In this document: positions 26,573 through 36,570 of the stretch, piece by piece
Numbering within the stretch: position 1 is the first letter of the stretch
Layout of the letters: each line of letters starts with the position of its first letter
DNA from: Patescibacteria group bacterium
GTDB lineage: Bacteria > Patescibacteriota > Microgenomatia > Daviesbacterales > UBA10151
Assembly: GCA_943356485.1 (NCBI GenBank)
Contig: CALRFD010000005.1
Coordinates: 32,103-96,102, forward strand
DNA length: 64,000 nucleotides
Direction of reading: 5' to 3'
Program-made: the position numbers and the translations under genes
The notes under the pieces: model-generated
Databases searched by the model: none
Seen by the model: the letters and a program-made list of their open reading frames with translations, nothing else
What the model was told of the DNA's origin: nothing

Positions 26573-28810
26573 ATGAAAGATAAAAAATTAGTATCAGTAG
26601 TTATCGTAAGCAGGGATCGGAAGAAAGATCTTACAGAGTGTATTGAATCTTATCTTAACTCCTCATACAAAAATATTGAGGTTATTGTTGTTGATAATGC
26701 TTCCAGGCAGCCAATTTCAGATTGGGTTAGAAAGAAGTACCCTAAAGTAAAAATCATCACCAGTGATAGTAATTTAGGGGCAGCAGAAGGTAGGAATATG
26801 GGTCTTGATGTATCAAAAGGAGACTATATTATTTTCACTGATGATGATGCTTATGCTGATAAAAATATGACAAGGTATTTAGTGGAGGCTTTTGAAAAAA
26901 AGAATGATGCAGGAATTATTCAGCCCTTAGTTTACGACAAACAGGAAAAGAGTACTTTGCAAGGAGCCGGCCATGATATAGATTTGACAACAGGTAGAAT
27001 CAAAGCATGGGGGGTAAAAGAGGAAGATCAGGGTCAATATGAAGGGTTGCGGGAAGTACCGATGTGTGGTTGTGTTTGGATGGTAAAGAGGGAGGTTTTT
27101 AATAAAATTGGCGATTATGATAAGGAGTACTTTATTCCTTATGAGGATTCTGATTTTTCCATTAGGGCAAGGAAAGCAGGTTATAAACTTTATTGTTATT
27201 CACTGGCCAAAAGTTGGCATCAGGGAGTAAAGAAAACCTATATACACCCCTGGATTGAGTGGTTAGGTATCACCTCTTCGATCAGGGCGTATAGAGTAGC
27301 CAGAAATAAAATAATTTTTATGGCAAAGCATTCAGAGTATCCTTCAAATGTCCTTTTTTTTAGCATATTCCTGCCTATCTATATAATTTCGCATTCTTTA
27401 ATAATCATAGCTGCAGGTAAATTTCAGCTATTAAGCTATTATTTAAAAGGAGTTTTTTCGGGTTTAACATATCTGCTTAAAAAGATTTTTAATAGTTTGA
27501 CTTTATTAATTTTAGCCTGGAGTGATCCTCTACCCTGGGTAATTGATAGATCAGCCAAAAGTATATTGGACATAGGTTGTGGGGAAGGTCTGCCTATGAG
27601 GTTAATTAAAAAAAGGATGAAGGTGGAGAGCTCAACAGGGGTTGATTTATTTGAGCCTTATATTAAAAAAGCAAGAAATATACAAACTCACGGCAGTTAC
27701 GAGTTACAGGATATAAGAAAATTAAACTATGGTAGAGAGTCCTTTGATGTTGTAATCGCCTCTCATGTTTTAGAACATTTACCTAAAGAAGAAGCTTTAA
27801 TGGTATTAGAGAAATTAGAGCGGATTGCAAAGAAACAAATTATCATAGCAGCTCCTATTGGTGAAATGTATCATCCGGAGGTGGATGGTAATAAGTTACA
27901 GCTGCATTTATCTGAATTTGAACCGGAAGAATTCGAAAAACGTAATTACCGGATAATAAGATACGGGTGGAAATGGTTGTTGGGCGAGAAAGGTTTAATT
28001 AATAAATATCCTAATATTTTTATTCGAAAGTTAATTTTTATCATCCATTTATTATCAACCCCCCTATTTTACATATTTACTGATATTGGAACATATACCT
28101 TTGTGGCATATAAAACAAAGCCCAAAAAGGAAAATCATGACTTGTTAGTAGATAAACCCAGTAGGCTAAAAATATTTTTAATGTCTCTAACAGATCCTCT
28201 TCCACATGTTGTCGATAAAACTGCCAGGTCAATCTTGGATTTAGGTAGTGGTCAGGGAAAGCCCATGGCAATGATTAAATTTTGGAGAAAGATTGAAAAA
28301 GCAGTTGGAGTAGAGTTATACAGACCTTATATCGACCAGGCTAAACAGCTAGGCTTATATGATCAGTATCTACTTGAGGATGTCAGAAAAATAAATTTTC
28401 CGCCTAAATCTTTTGATATTGTGATGGCCTCTCACGTTTTAGAACATTTATCTCAAAAAGAGGGCTGGGTACTGCTTTCCAGGATGGAGAAAATTGCCAA
28501 AAAACAGGTTATTATTGCAACTCCAATTGGAGAAATTTATCAGCCTATGTTTGATAAGAATATATTACAAGAACATAAGTCTTATTTTTTGCCGGAGCAA
28601 TTTATCAAACGTGGTTATAAAGTTATTAAATATGGAGCAAGATGGATTTTGGATGAACATTCCAATAGTCTAGTATATCAAGCTAGAAACCCTTATTTGA
28701 AAAAATTAGTCTATATCTTTAATTATTTGATTACTCCGCTTTATTACTTTTTTCCGGAGATCTGTGATTATTCATTTGTTGCCTACAAAAATATGACAGA
28801 TGAAAGTTAA
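26573..28810 (+). CDS. Trifunctional fusion: GT2 glycosyltransferase + membrane segment + two tandem class I SAM-methyltransferase domains
   Basis: The N-terminus has the GT2 signature VSVVIVSRDRKKDL...VIVVDNASRQ. Mid-protein TM helices follow. Two repeated units each carry DPLP(W/H)V(I/V)D(R/K)(S/T)A(K/R)SILD(I/L)G(C/S)G(E/Q)G motif I and ASHVLEHL...IAKKQ(I/V)IIA(A/T)PIGE. Confidence 0.75.
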   Translation: MKDKKLVSVVIVSRDRKKDLTECIESYLNSSYKNIEVIVVDNASRQPISDWVRKKYPKVKIITSDSNLGAAEGRNMGLDVSKGDYIIFTDDDAYADKNMTRYLVEAFEKKNDAGIIQPLVYDKQEKSTLQGAGHDIDLTTGRIKAWGVKEEDQGQYEGLREVPMCGCVWMVKREVFNKIGDYDKEYFIPYEDSDFSIRARKAGYKLYCYSLAKSWHQGVKKTYIHPWIEWLGITSSIRAYRVARNKIIFMAKHSEYPSNVLFFSIFLPIYIISHSLIIIAAGKFQLLSYYLKGVFSGLTYLLKKIFNSLTLLILAWSDPLPWVIDRSAKSILDIGCGEGLPMRLIKKRMKVESSTGVDLFEPYIKKARNIQTHGSYELQDIRKLNYGRESFDVVIASHVLEHLPKEEALMVLEKLERIAKKQIIIAAPIGEMYHPEVDGNKLQLHLSEFEPEEFEKRNYRIIRYGWKWLLGEKGLINKYPNIFIRKLIFIIHLLSTPLFYIFTDIGTYTFVAYKTKPKKENHDLLVDKPSRLKIFLMSLTDPLPHVVDKTARSILDLGSGQGKPMAMIKFWRKIEKAVGVELYRPYIDQAKQLGLYDQYLLEDVRKINFPPKSFDIVMASHVLEHLSQKEGWVLLSRMEKIAKKQVIIATPIGEIYQPMFDKNILQEHKSYFLPEQFIKRGYKVIKYGARWILDEHSNSLVYQARNPYLKKLVYIFNYLITPLYYFFPEICDYSFVAYKNMTDES

Positions 28811-31800
28811 AGGTTTAATACCAATATTCCTGATATTTATACTGTCCACAGTTCTTATATTCACCTGGTTTCAAGAAGGGTATATGTATGGAGGCGGCGA
28901 CGTGGGTTTACCTTCATATGATCCAGCCCGTACCCTGGAAAAATCAGAGCATATTTGGTGGGAGGCTTCTGCTCCCGGTACAACAGTTCCACAAGGTTTG
29001 ACCTCTGTTCCTTTTCAGGTTTTACAGTCTTTTTTGCACAATATCGGTTTATCACCGGTGATGATACAGGCTTTTGTCTTCTGGAGCCTGCTCTTTTTGA
29101 TGGGTATTGGGATGTATTTTTTAGCCTTAGGGGTGTTTGAAGAAAACTTTCTTTTGGCAACAGTAGCAGCATTATTTTATATGTTCAATCCATATATGAT
29201 GATTCAAATTTGGCACAGATTTATTCATAATACAATCTTTTTGGCTGCTGTTCTTCCCTTTATATATATTTTCTGGAAAAGTTGGATTAAAACAGGTAAT
29301 TATACAAAATTATTTTTATACATACTGACAAATTTGCTGGGGGTTTATCTTTTCGGAACAATTGCTTTTATTGCCACAATTTTTATTTTAATAAGTTTTA
29401 TTTCCCTGATTGAAATCTTATTTCCCTGGCAAGGTTGGAAAAAATTTCGGATGGTTTCTAAGAGATCTATTCTAGGTATAATATTTTGGTCTTTAGCTAA
29501 TATTTGGTGGTTGTGGCCGGTATTAACGATTGCACCGGCCAGCTTATCCTTGCAGCACTCAATTGGAGAAAGCTTAGGCACCCTGCTTGCAATCAGCAGA
29601 CAAGCCATAATACCCTACAGCCTTTTAGGTATAAATTCCTTTTATCTTTATGATAAGGCGGATTGGGGGGATATATATAATAACTACTTTTTCAGGATCT
29701 TGCCCTGGCTGTCTTTATTTTTTTTAATTCCAGGTTTTATTAAAGGTTTAACAAATAGAAATTGGTTATCCTGGTCGTTACTTTTAATCTTAGGGTTATT
29801 TTTAGCCAAGGGCGCGGCAGCCCCTTTTGGTTATATCTATATTTGGGGGTTTAATCATTTTTTTGCTTTGGGAGCTTTAAGAAATCCTTTTGAAAAATTG
29901 GGTATTTTATTGCCTTTTTCTTCCGCTATTTTAATAACAATAGGTATTGATTGGTATTTAGCTAAGTTTAAGAGTCGATTGAAGATAATGATTAGGACAG
30001 GGATTTGTTTAATAATGGTACTGCTTTTGATAGTTAATCTTTGGCCAATGTGGCTTGGAAAAATATTCGGTACCCTGGAAAAACCCGGTTTTGTGGAAGT
30101 ACCTTCAGTCTATAAAGCGGCGGATAATTTCATAAAAAATCAGAGTAAAGACGGTAAAATTTTACACCTGCCACTCACAAGCGGTGAATCTATTACTTAT
30201 AACTGGCCACATGGTTATCATGGCGTTGAACCTTCTCAATTACTTTTTAAATCATTGCCCTCTGTCTCCCATGGATTCAATATTAATCCGGTTGATGATA
30301 GCTTAAATGCGCTGTCTTATATTTTCTTATTATCGGATTCTGAGGATAAGATAATTTCTATTCTGCAGTCATTTAATATTAAGTTTATTGTTTTACATAA
30401 AGATATAGAATGGCATGGAGGAGATTTAGAAGATCCTCAAAAGCTGGAAAAGCGCTTGGATGAATTTGATTTTCTTGAAAATAAAACTCAATTTGGAGAT
30501 TTGATTGTTTATAGATTGAAAGATATGTATTTTTATTCCAGGCTTAGGCTAACTAATAACATTTCCTATTTTATTTCATCTGAAAATAATATTTATTGGC
30601 CATGGTTACTCTCTTCTAATAAATCAGATCTAATTTCATCTCTGCAAAAAAAGAAAGACGATCTACTTATTAAACTTGGAACCGAAATGATTATTCCTCC
30701 CGACCATGTTTATAAATATAGTCCTCAAAAGATCGTTAAAGAAAATATAATAGGGGAAATGCCGGCTGCTAAAGTTTTACCGGACTCCCCCCTCTATCTC
30801 TTTATAAGAATTAAAGAGATGGTTCAATATTTTAGTCTACCCATTAATGATAAATTTTCTTTTAAGCTAACTTTAGCTGGTAAGAGATTAGTAGAGAGTT
30901 ATCTGATTAAAGAAAAAAAATCATCTTTATTAATTACTCCTCAACTTCAAGAATATCAACGAATCTTGACAGAAATTAGGGATGGGGTTTATGCACGGAG
31001 TAATGGAGATGAAGGGAGTAAGGAACTTTCTATTAATTTTATATTATCTCATCATTTAACCACTTTAGAACTTATTAAACAAAAGACTGTCGGTAAAGAG
31101 ATGAAGATAGTTGAATCAACCATAACGCAGTTAACTAATTTAATGAAAGAGGCAAATATTACTCCCTACAACCAACTCATTGAGAGAGAAAATTTACCCT
31201 CTGTTGGCAGATTAATTTCCAAATTTAACCTGCCTATTTCCGGCAAATATGAACTACTTCAGGCTAATGAACAAAGCCAGGGTATTTATCCAAATGGATT
31301 AGGGACTAATGATTTTCAGATTAATAATACGGTTTCGAACTTAAATGGAAAAGCTGCAGGAAATTTTATCTCCTTTGGGACGGTTAATTTAGAGGAAGGA
31401 TTAAGTGAAATAAGCTTTAATTCGATTCCATCTATAGATTTATCTACAATTAACAGAACTTCCAGAAAAGGGGATGTTAAGGAGTCGGGTGATGGAATTG
31501 AAGTAACCTCCAGTGAACACGATTCAAGTTATGTTGACTTAAATATCGATCCGATTCACGGCGGTAATTGGTATCAGCTTAGCTTTGATGCCTGGTTTAA
31601 ACTGGGGGATACCTTCAAGATACAAATAATGCAGGACACAGATCCTTATGACTCTGAAAAACCGGGTGAAAAGATACCCTCCTATGACAATGATTTTCAT
31701 AGGGATGCTTATATAAATGACTGGAATAATAACGTATTTAATTTCTATGTTAATCCGACTACGAGTAAAGTTGTAATTAGATTCCTGGTTATACCCTGGG

Positions 31801-32285
31801 ATGGCTGCAAATACTTTCTGATCTCAAAGACAGTCTGTTCCAATAAATTAGTTAAATACATTTATGAGAAATCCAGTAAGATCTCCTTTCGGAATATCAG
31901 TGTAATTAGGCCTTTAAGCAATCCTATTTTTCTAAAATCAGAAACTGCTTTCGCTCCTCAAAAAAATGAAGGTACGGTTAAATACACTCAAAATAGTGTT
32001 ACTTCATATTCGGGAAGTATAAGCCTAAGCTCTCCGGCCTTCTTAATATTTAGTGAGACATATCATCCGGGCTGGAAGTTGGAGCTTTTTAATCCAGATA
32101 AGTCTACAGTTTTGCAAAGATTTGTAGCTAATAATTATAGTAATGCCTGGTACATCGACCATCCTGGAAATTATACTTTTAAGCTTGAATTTACTCCTGA
32201 GAGGAAAGTAATTGTTGGTTTAATAATTAGCGGCTTAAGCATTTTGGGTTTACTAATTATTGTTATTAAGAAAATAAGACCATGA
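28800..32285 (+). CDS. Giant polytopic membrane protein (1161 aa), GT-C-like N-terminal domain + large extracytoplasmic domain + C-terminal TM anchor (YfhO/AftD-like architecture)
   Basis: Conserved motifs are GGGDVGLPSYDP, IWWEASAPGT, NPYMMIQIWHRF, RNPFEKLG and KILHLPLT. The C-terminus carries SETYHPGWKL...NAWYI...LEF-P followed by a TM helix. It overlaps the upstream fusion gene by 11 bp. Confidence 0.5.
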   Translation: MKVKGLIPIFLIFILSTVLIFTWFQEGYMYGGGDVGLPSYDPARTLEKSEHIWWEASAPGTTVPQGLTSVPFQVLQSFLHNIGLSPVMIQAFVFWSLLFLMGIGMYFLALGVFEENFLLATVAALFYMFNPYMMIQIWHRFIHNTIFLAAVLPFIYIFWKSWIKTGNYTKLFLYILTNLLGVYLFGTIAFIATIFILISFISLIEILFPWQGWKKFRMVSKRSILGIIFWSLANIWWLWPVLTIAPASLSLQHSIGESLGTLLAISRQAIIPYSLLGINSFYLYDKADWGDIYNNYFFRILPWLSLFFLIPGFIKGLTNRNWLSWSLLLILGLFLAKGAAAPFGYIYIWGFNHFFALGALRNPFEKLGILLPFSSAILITIGIDWYLAKFKSRLKIMIRTGICLIMVLLLIVNLWPMWLGKIFGTLEKPGFVEVPSVYKAADNFIKNQSKDGKILHLPLTSGESITYNWPHGYHGVEPSQLLFKSLPSVSHGFNINPVDDSLNALSYIFLLSDSEDKIISILQSFNIKFIVLHKDIEWHGGDLEDPQKLEKRLDEFDFLENKTQFGDLIVYRLKDMYFYSRLRLTNNISYFISSENNIYWPWLLSSNKSDLISSLQKKKDDLLIKLGTEMIIPPDHVYKYSPQKIVKENIIGEMPAAKVLPDSPLYLFIRIKEMVQYFSLPINDKFSFKLTLAGKRLVESYLIKEKKSSLLITPQLQEYQRILTEIRDGVYARSNGDEGSKELSINFILSHHLTTLELIKQKTVGKEMKIVESTITQLTNLMKEANITPYNQLIERENLPSVGRLISKFNLPISGKYELLQANEQSQGIYPNGLGTNDFQINNTVSNLNGKAAGNFISFGTVNLEEGLSEISFNSIPSIDLSTINRTSRKGDVKESGDGIEVTSSEHDSSYVDLNIDPIHGGNWYQLSFDAWFKLGDTFKIQIMQDTDPYDSEKPGEKIPSYDNDFHRDAYINDWNNNVFNFYVNPTTSKVVIRFLVIPWDGCKYFLISKTVCSNKLVKYIYEKSSKISFRNISVIRPLSNPIFLKSETAFAPQKNEGTVKYTQNSVTSYSGSISLSSPAFLIFSETYHPGWKLELFNPDKSTVLQRFVANNYSNAWYIDHPGNYTFKLEFTPERKVIVGLIISGLSILGLLIIVIKKIRP

Positions 32286-32638
32286 TTATAAATCTTAAAA
32301 AAAATCGTGATACGCTAATTAAAATACTAATTCAATTTATTTTTATCTTTCCAGTGATTTTTTTCTTAAATGCAGGTTCGCTAACAGATACATATTGGAA
32401 AGTTGCCCAATCAGTTATTTTAACCGTTGTATTTATCGCTGGATTAAGCCGGCCACAGCTAAAAAAGAATATTTTTTTATTGGGTTTATATTTAATTATC
32501 ATAATGGTGATCCTGTATGTGTTTGGTTTAGTTGATTCAGCTGATTTAGCAGGAAGTAGCGGAGTAGGAATAATAACGATGAATCTATTAACCTATCTTC
32601 CTGAATTAATAAACTTGGGTTATATTAAGAAGATATAA
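32282..32638 (+). CDS. Small 3-4 TM membrane protein, partner of the upstream giant membrane protein
   Basis: It is 118 aa and hydrophobic. It is a paralog of 36084..36413, sharing the tail LTYLPELINLGYIKK versus LSYLPDLVRIGFVKDK. There is a 4-bp overlap with the upstream gene. Confidence 0.45.
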   Translation: MIINLKKNRDTLIKILIQFIFIFPVIFFLNAGSLTDTYWKVAQSVILTVVFIAGLSRPQLKKNIFLLGLYLIIIMVILYVFGLVDSADLAGSSGVGIITMNLLTYLPELINLGYIKKI

Positions 32639-32646
32639 TCTAAGTA

Positions 32647-35600
32647 ATGAAATCTATAAACATTTTTAAAAATAATTTTCCTCAGTTTTTTATTTTTTTG
32701 TTAGTTAGCCTTTTTTTAACCATAAGCTGGTTTAGATCTGGATATATTTATGGTGGAGGCGATGTGGGTCTGCAGGTATATAACCCAATTAGGATTCTGG
32801 AACTTGTATCTTATATCTGGTGGGAGGCTACAGGACCTGGTTCTCCTACGCCACAGGGTTTAACTGCCCTTCCATTCAATTATTTTTTTTCCGGCTTAAA
32901 ATTAATAGGTTTTAGTCCTCTGATGCTTCAGTCAACTCTTTTTTTTCTGATTCTTTTTGCAATGGGTACAGGGATGTATCTGCTTATATTATTTCTCTTT
33001 AATGAAAATCATAAGAAGTATGCACTCTTGGCCGGTTTATTTTACATTTTTAACCCATATATGATGATTCAGGTATGGCATAGGTTTGTTCATAGTACAT
33101 TTTTTATTTCCGCAGCGTTGCCGTTCTTAATGATTTATTGGTTAAAGTGGGTTAGAAACAGAAAACCCCAATCGCTTTTGATATTTCTAATAATTAATTT
33201 AATATCTTTATATGGTTTTGGGACGATCGCCTATATTTTAACTCTTTGGTCTTTTCTCCTACTGATTACAATTCCTGAAATTATCTTCCCTTGGGGTGGA
33301 TTAAAAAATGCGAGGAGAGTATCACTTTTATTTTTTGTTGGGTTTTTGTTCTGGATTTTGACTAATATATGGTGGCTATTACCAATTTTTAAAATTGCTC
33401 CAAGCTTTCTATCAGAGCAGCACAGCAACGAGCAGACGCTAGCTACTATTTATACGCTAGGGTATCAAACGGTCTTGCCTTACTCCTTGCAAATGATTAA
33501 CCCTTTTTATCTCTTTTCCCAGCTGGATTTTGGCAGTAGCTATCTGCATATTTTTTTGCGCATTATCCCCTGGATTTTTGTGGCAGTTATTTTTGTAGGA
33601 ATTATAAAAGGGTTATTTAATCCAAAAAGCGCAAAATGGTCTATAGTCTATCTTTTAGTCTTAGTTCTTTCAAAAGGGGTAGCATCTCCCTTTGGATATT
33701 TTTATGTTTTAGGAATGAAGTATTTTTTTCCATTGGGAGTTTTAAGAAATCCGTTTGAGAAAATGGGGGTTTTATTGCCTGTAGTCAGCTCGATTGTATT
33801 AGTTATAGGTACGAAGATAATCTTCGATTTTTTTAAAGTAAAAACAAATATTAAATTGGCTAATTTGGTGCTACTTACAGCCTTTGGCTTAATTTTTTCT
33901 TTTTGCTGGCCAATGTTTACCGGACAAATTTTTGGTAAGTTTGATAAGCCGGAGTTTGTGGATGTGCCAAAAAGTTATAGTGAAGCTGATCAATGGATAA
34001 AAGCAGATTACTCTTCAGACTTGCATCAAAACCCCGGTAAAATTTTACACCTGCCTTTAACTAAGGGAGAAAGTATTGACTATAGCTGGGAGCATGGTTA
34101 TAGCGGCCTTGAATCAAGCGCCTTGTTTTTTACCAGCGCTCCTTCTATCTCTCATGGTTTTAATTTAGCACAGGTAGATAATGCCCTAACTTCGCTTTAC
34201 CAGGCTTTTCATAAAAGTTTTGTAAGTCCGGATACAATATTAAGGCTTTTAAACGATTTTAATGTTAAATACATAGTTCTACATAAAGATGTAAAATTGC
34301 AGGGTGGAGAATTTTATGATCCAAAACAAACTGAGGAAAAACTAAACAGCTTAGAGTATCTTACACCACCCAAAAGATTTGGTGATCTGGTTATTTATAA
34401 AATTTCTGATAAATTTTTCAGGCCAAAAATTAGTTTAACAAATAAATTTGTTTTACTCTCTCCTCCGGATAATCCTAGTCTTTGGCCTTGGATTTTAGCA
34501 GGTGATAGAACTTTGATTACAGATTTAAGTAAAAATGGGGAGATAGAGAAAGCCTCTAACGCATTTATTTTTCCCAAAAAATCTTTTTCTTATGAAGAGG
34601 CTTCTCCCTCTTCAGCAATAAGTTTAATCAACCAGCTTCTTATAAACCCTAACTACGATAATTTATGGCTTAGTTCTTTGCTTAATCTTAAAACAATTTA
34701 TCGGGCAAATAATGAAATACAGGGAGAACAGTTAAATGATAAGCTAATATCAGCTTCAAAAAAGATTTTGAAAATTGCCAGATCTATCTTTGTTGATAAT
34801 AAAATCTTTTCCTTGTCTGAATTAGATGATTATGCGGAGGAGATGAAACAGATTCTTTCTTCCAACTCAGCGGTGCTTTCCTTTTATGCTAAAGACAAAA
34901 CTATATCAAATATTTTCCAGGTTCATTTATATCTGCTTAAGGCTATAGCTAAAAAAACTCCGGTAGGTGGAAATAGCGCTGCAAGAGCTGCAGATGATTT
35001 GAAGAAAAATTTAGTATCAAATAATTTTATCTCTGAAAATTATGCAGAAGGTGAGATTCCCGTTTTGTTTGAAAAAACAGTTTTAAAGTTTGAAATACCG
35101 AAAGACTCAAATTACGAACTTTTGCTGACTCATTCCAGTAAAGAGAATTTATATCAGGAGAGATATGAAAAAATGGTAGTGCTGGTTGATGGAAAATTAA
35201 ATAATCTCACCCTTAACAAAAAGGAGAATGTTACTTCTTTAGGCGTATTCTTCTTAAGTAAAGGGACTCATGAAATAGATCTGCCAATACGATATTCAGA
35301 TAATTTGCTTTCTAACAAACAGGAAGATGTAAAAATAGAATCAATTAAGGATAAGTTGGGTTATTTTGAAGATAAGATAAGCTATGTTACAGGTCAAGAC
35401 CGCTACAAGGTAAGTTTTAGTGCAAAGGTTGAGAAAGGAAGTGGGTTTTATATTCAACTGGTGCAGGATACGGATAGTAGGGGGTCAAATAACCAAGTTA
35501 ATTATCAGGTAAATGAGTTTATAAGCCAACCATCCGGTCAGGATTTTAGGGATTATAGTTTTCCTCTTCCTGATTTAAGGTTAACCACTAAAGATGCTGC

Positions 35601-36075
35601 AGTAAGATTTTTAGCATCCTCTCCCGATGGCGGAAATCTGGTTTCTTCTTCTATGCTAATCAGAAATCTGCAGGTTAGAAGGTTTTCTGATGAGGAAGTC
35701 TTCCTGCAGGATTTTGGGAAAACCGAACCGGATATGCCATCATCCGGTCACATTTCGATAAACCAAAAAACACCTACCTTTTATGAAGGACGGATACAAA
35801 TAAGTGAACCGGCATTTGTTATTTTTAGTGAGAGCTATCATCCTGGTTGGAAATTAAGTTTGCAAAAAGAAAATAAGGAATATATTTCTAATACTCATTT
35901 TCTGGCTAATTTGTATGCTAATGCCTGGTATATAAATGAAGCAGGTAATTATAACTTTAAGCTTGAGTTTGAACCTCAGAATATAGTTAATTATGGATTT
36001 ATTATAGCTATAATAAGTTATATAGCATTAGTGTTGTATTCCCTAATTGTTAGCTTTAAAAAAGAGAAAGTATAA
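32647..36075 (+). CDS. Giant polytopic membrane protein (1142 aa), paralog of 28800..32285
   Basis: It shares the same motif set (GGGDVGLQVYNP, IWWEATGPGS, NPYMMIQVWHRF, RNPFEKMG, KILHLPLT, SESYHPGWKL...NAWYI) and a C-terminal TM helix. Confidence 0.5.
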   Translation: MKSINIFKNNFPQFFIFLLVSLFLTISWFRSGYIYGGGDVGLQVYNPIRILELVSYIWWEATGPGSPTPQGLTALPFNYFFSGLKLIGFSPLMLQSTLFFLILFAMGTGMYLLILFLFNENHKKYALLAGLFYIFNPYMMIQVWHRFVHSTFFISAALPFLMIYWLKWVRNRKPQSLLIFLIINLISLYGFGTIAYILTLWSFLLLITIPEIIFPWGGLKNARRVSLLFFVGFLFWILTNIWWLLPIFKIAPSFLSEQHSNEQTLATIYTLGYQTVLPYSLQMINPFYLFSQLDFGSSYLHIFLRIIPWIFVAVIFVGIIKGLFNPKSAKWSIVYLLVLVLSKGVASPFGYFYVLGMKYFFPLGVLRNPFEKMGVLLPVVSSIVLVIGTKIIFDFFKVKTNIKLANLVLLTAFGLIFSFCWPMFTGQIFGKFDKPEFVDVPKSYSEADQWIKADYSSDLHQNPGKILHLPLTKGESIDYSWEHGYSGLESSALFFTSAPSISHGFNLAQVDNALTSLYQAFHKSFVSPDTILRLLNDFNVKYIVLHKDVKLQGGEFYDPKQTEEKLNSLEYLTPPKRFGDLVIYKISDKFFRPKISLTNKFVLLSPPDNPSLWPWILAGDRTLITDLSKNGEIEKASNAFIFPKKSFSYEEASPSSAISLINQLLINPNYDNLWLSSLLNLKTIYRANNEIQGEQLNDKLISASKKILKIARSIFVDNKIFSLSELDDYAEEMKQILSSNSAVLSFYAKDKTISNIFQVHLYLLKAIAKKTPVGGNSAARAADDLKKNLVSNNFISENYAEGEIPVLFEKTVLKFEIPKDSNYELLLTHSSKENLYQERYEKMVVLVDGKLNNLTLNKKENVTSLGVFFLSKGTHEIDLPIRYSDNLLSNKQEDVKIESIKDKLGYFEDKISYVTGQDRYKVSFSAKVEKGSGFYIQLVQDTDSRGSNNQVNYQVNEFISQPSGQDFRDYSFPLPDLRLTTKDAAVRFLASSPDGGNLVSSSMLIRNLQVRRFSDEEVFLQDFGKTEPDMPSSGHISINQKTPTFYEGRIQISEPAFVIFSESYHPGWKLSLQKENKEYISNTHFLANLYANAWYINEAGNYNFKLEFEPQNIVNYGFIIAIISYIALVLYSLIVSFKKEKV

Positions 36076-36083
36076 AAGTCACT

Positions 36084-36413
36084 ATGAATAAAATAGTTAT
36101 TAAATTTTTTATATCAACTATATCAATTGCTTTTTTTTGGGGACTTGAATCAGGTTTTACACAGAGAAACGGGTATGAGTTAATAAAATCTATAATTTTT
36201 GCCTCTTCTTTTTTTATAGTTTTAACTAAAAAGTATAAACAATATATTCTTTGGATATCTACTTTCCTATTGATCAGTATGATTATTCTATACTTACTTT
36301 GGCAAATACAACTCTCTGATTTATTAGGAAGTATTGGATTCGGTATGTTTTTTATATTTATCTTAAGCTATTTGCCCGATTTAGTAAGGATTGGGTTTGT
36401 TAAAGATAAGTGA
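36084..36413 (+). CDS. Small 3-4 TM membrane protein, partner of the upstream giant membrane protein (paralog of 32282..32638)
   Basis: It is 109 aa and hydrophobic, with a conserved C-terminal LSYLPDLVRIGFVKDK. It occupies the same position relative to its giant gene, 8 bp downstream. Confidence 0.45.
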   Translation: MNKIVIKFFISTISIAFFWGLESGFTQRNGYELIKSIIFASSFFIVLTKKYKQYILWISTFLLISMIILYLLWQIQLSDLLGSIGFGMFFIFILSYLPDLVRIGFVKDK

Positions 36414-36570
36414 AATTGTATGTATATTTTAAGATATCTTTCTATTTTTAGTTTTTTGATATTGGATTTATTAATTATTACCGGGCATTTTGGTCTGGTT
36501 AATAAATCAGTGAATTTTGTTTTTATTTTAATTGTCATTAATGTAGTTTTTTATCTTTTAGAAATAAAGA

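Noticed and set aside
32282-32638. Assigning the small partner proteins to the GtrA flippase family
   Set aside because: Size and TM count are compatible, but I could not recognise GtrA-family sequence features. I kept the hypothesis in a finding and made no family call.
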